This document shows positions 62,485 to 64,000 of a stretch of 64,000 bases of DNA, piece after piece (position 1 is the stretch's first letter; each line of letters begins with the position of its first letter). Source of the stretch: an uncultured Gemmatimonadales bacterium (GTDB lineage Bacteria > Gemmatimonadota > Gemmatimonadetes > Gemmatimonadales > Gemmatimonadaceae). The stretch is taken from NCBI GenBank assembly GCA_963793305.1, contig CAWBZV010000003.1:448001-512000 (forward strand). Reading direction: 5' to 3'. A program made the translations under genes and the position numbers. The notes beneath the pieces are model-generated. The model worked only from the letters and a program-made list of their open reading frames with translations. It made no database searches and was not told where the DNA came from.

Positions 62485-64000
62485 GTGGATACCTTCGTCT
62501 GCCTGATGAATACGCGTGGCCACGGTGTCGTCCCCGAGTCACGTCGGCGGTACGGGCTCGATGACACCGGCTGGCAGTCAGCTGGACCATGCAGCATGTA
62601 TGTCTCAAATGATGGATACGGTCCCGTGGCATCGATCTATCGCGGATCGATTGGCATCGCCGCAGGCATCATCCGCCTCGACAACCGCGTCGAGATCCGG
62701 CGCCAACTTCGGGCAAGCGACGACCAGTCCGATATCGCGTTGGTCGCCGCCGTGCTGCATCGCCGAGGCGTCGACGGCGTGCAGGAGCTCGTGGGCGATT
62801 TTGCGCTGGCGTATTGGGACGTTGCGCGGTCGGAATTGATCATCGCGCGGGACTTCATCGGAGTTCGCCCGCTTTATCGCGTACAGGACGGTGATCTGTG
62901 GGGGTTCGCCTCCCACGCGGGCGTTCTTGGCCGGGGACGGGAGCTGTCGCTCGAATTCGTCGCGGACTACATCGCGTTCAATGTGTCGAGACAGCGCACA
63001 CCATATGCCGGCGTGTTTGCCGTCCCTGCCGGAACCGCCCAGGTGCTCAACGGTCGGCGGAGCACCGAGCATCGGTATTGGTCCGCCTATCGGTTCTCGA
63101 CCGATGATCGGATCGACAGCAACGAGGCGGTCGAAGCGTTCAGGCCTTTATTCACCGAAGCGATTCGGCTGCGTCTGACCGGAAAGCAGGACTGCTGGGC
63201 AGATCTCTCTGGTGGTCTCGATTCGTCATCGGTTGTCTCGATGAGTCAGTGGCTCGCGAAGCACGACGGCGCCGTGCACGGCTTGGCGGGAACCTTGACG
63301 TACGCAGACACGCTCGGCACTGGCGACGAGCGGCCGTACGCGAACGCGGTGATTCGCGATTGGCCTCTGCCGAATGAACAATTGATCGACTACGGATTGT
63401 GGCAGGACGACGGCGAGCCGCCCCTTGTCGCGGATATTCCGGACCAGTCGTCCGCGTCGTACGCTCGAGAGCGGCGAGTCTGTCGGATCGTTCGGTCAGC
63501 GGGCGGCCGCGTGCTATTCACCGGAGTGGGCCCCGATCAAATGCTCTTCGGCAACTATGTGTATTTCGCTGATTGGCTCGTGCGGGGGCGAATTCGCGAG
63601 GCGGCTCGGGGGATGTTTCGACTCGCCGCGCTGGGCAGAGGGTCATTCTGGAAATTCGCGTATGAGAACGCCATCAGGCCGTTCTTTGGATCGCCGGCGC
63701 TGAAACGTGAAGCGTGGCCGGCATGGGTTCGGCCCGAGTTCGCACGTCGATTCGCGATCCACGAACGCAATCCAATGGCGTGGACCCCTCGCGGCCGACC
63801 GGGCCGCTACTTTGCCACGGACCTTGCGGGCAACATCGACATCATCACACATGCGATGATCCGCGGCGTGGTCGGTGATATGCTCGACATCCGGAGTCCC
63901 TTCCTGCATCGCCCGCTGGTCGAGCTCTGTCTGCAACTCTCTCCGCAGGTGCTGGCGAGGCCGCGGGACCAGAAGTGGGTCCTCCGCCAAGCGATGCGAG
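62485..64000 (+). CDS. Lasso peptide cyclase C (asparagine synthetase-like), 3' truncated by window
   Basis: Manual frame-1 translation: RLDNR, GDFALAYWD, ARDFIGVRPLY, LSGGLDSS, RSPFLHRPLVE, KWVLRQAM; lacks the AsnB N-terminal MCGI. Confidence 0.9.
   Translation, partial: MDTFVCLMNTRGHGVVPESRRRYGLDDTGWQSAGPCSMYVSNDGYGPVASIYRGSIGIAAGIIRLDNRVEIRRQLRASDDQSDIALVAAVLHRRGVDGVQELVGDFALAYWDVARSELIIARDFIGVRPLYRVQDGDLWGFASHAGVLGRGRELSLEFVADYIAFNVSRQRTPYAGVFAVPAGTAQVLNGRRSTEHRYWSAYRFSTDDRIDSNEAVEAFRPLFTEAIRLRLTGKQDCWADLSGGLDSSSVVSMSQWLAKHDGAVHGLAGTLTYADTLGTGDERPYANAVIRDWPLPNEQLIDYGLWQDDGEPPLVADIPDQSSASYARERRVCRIVRSAGGRVLFTGVGPDQMLFGNYVYFADWLVRGRIREAARGMFRLAALGRGSFWKFAYENAIRPFFGSPALKREAWPAWVRPEFARRFAIHERNPMAWTPRGRPGRYFATDLAGNIDIITHAMIRGVVGDMLDIRSPFLHRPLVELCLQLSPQVLARPRDQKWVLRQAMR

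Noticed and set aside
62485..64000. Housekeeping asparagine synthetase AsnB
   Set aside because: Lacks the N-terminal catalytic Cys motif (MCGI) and follows B1/B2, so a lasso cyclase is the better call
1..64000. CRISPR array, IS element, integrase or prophage
   Set aside because: No regularly spaced repeats and no transposase, integrase or phage motifs seen

Overview
A GC-rich bacterial window. The gene repertoire (Tat-TldD, REC-like AraC paralogs, ECF/HEAT module, TonB-C proteins) suggests Gemmatimonadota; this is inference. Many conserved genes carry single-base frameshifts (mutS, cbs, queF, pheA, dnaA-like, ABC transporter), most likely long-read assembly errors. 1-33 kb is mostly housekeeping and envelope genes: mntH/mntR/mutS, an ECF sigma module, peptidases, ddl, queF, aroF-pheA, Ku and a TPR-S41-M48 cluster. 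That part holds several non-obvious items: a tRNA with a Leu-type body but a CGC (Ala) anticodon, a promoter/terminator-bounded sRNA candidate, a Tyr/Trp/Phe leader-peptide attenuator, and a DnaA paralog lacking domains I-II flanked by DnaA boxes. 33-64 kb holds the main discovery, a lasso-peptide-type RiPP locus running off the right edge. It has a 42-aa precursor, B1, B2, cyclase C and an ABC exporter, and the precursor sits inside an array of paralogous GT9/heptosyltransferase-like proteins (nine in the window). Three extra stand-alone PqqD/RRE proteins, a Cys-rich putative Fe-S protein, a TldD/E pair and three AraC-like regulators accompany it.
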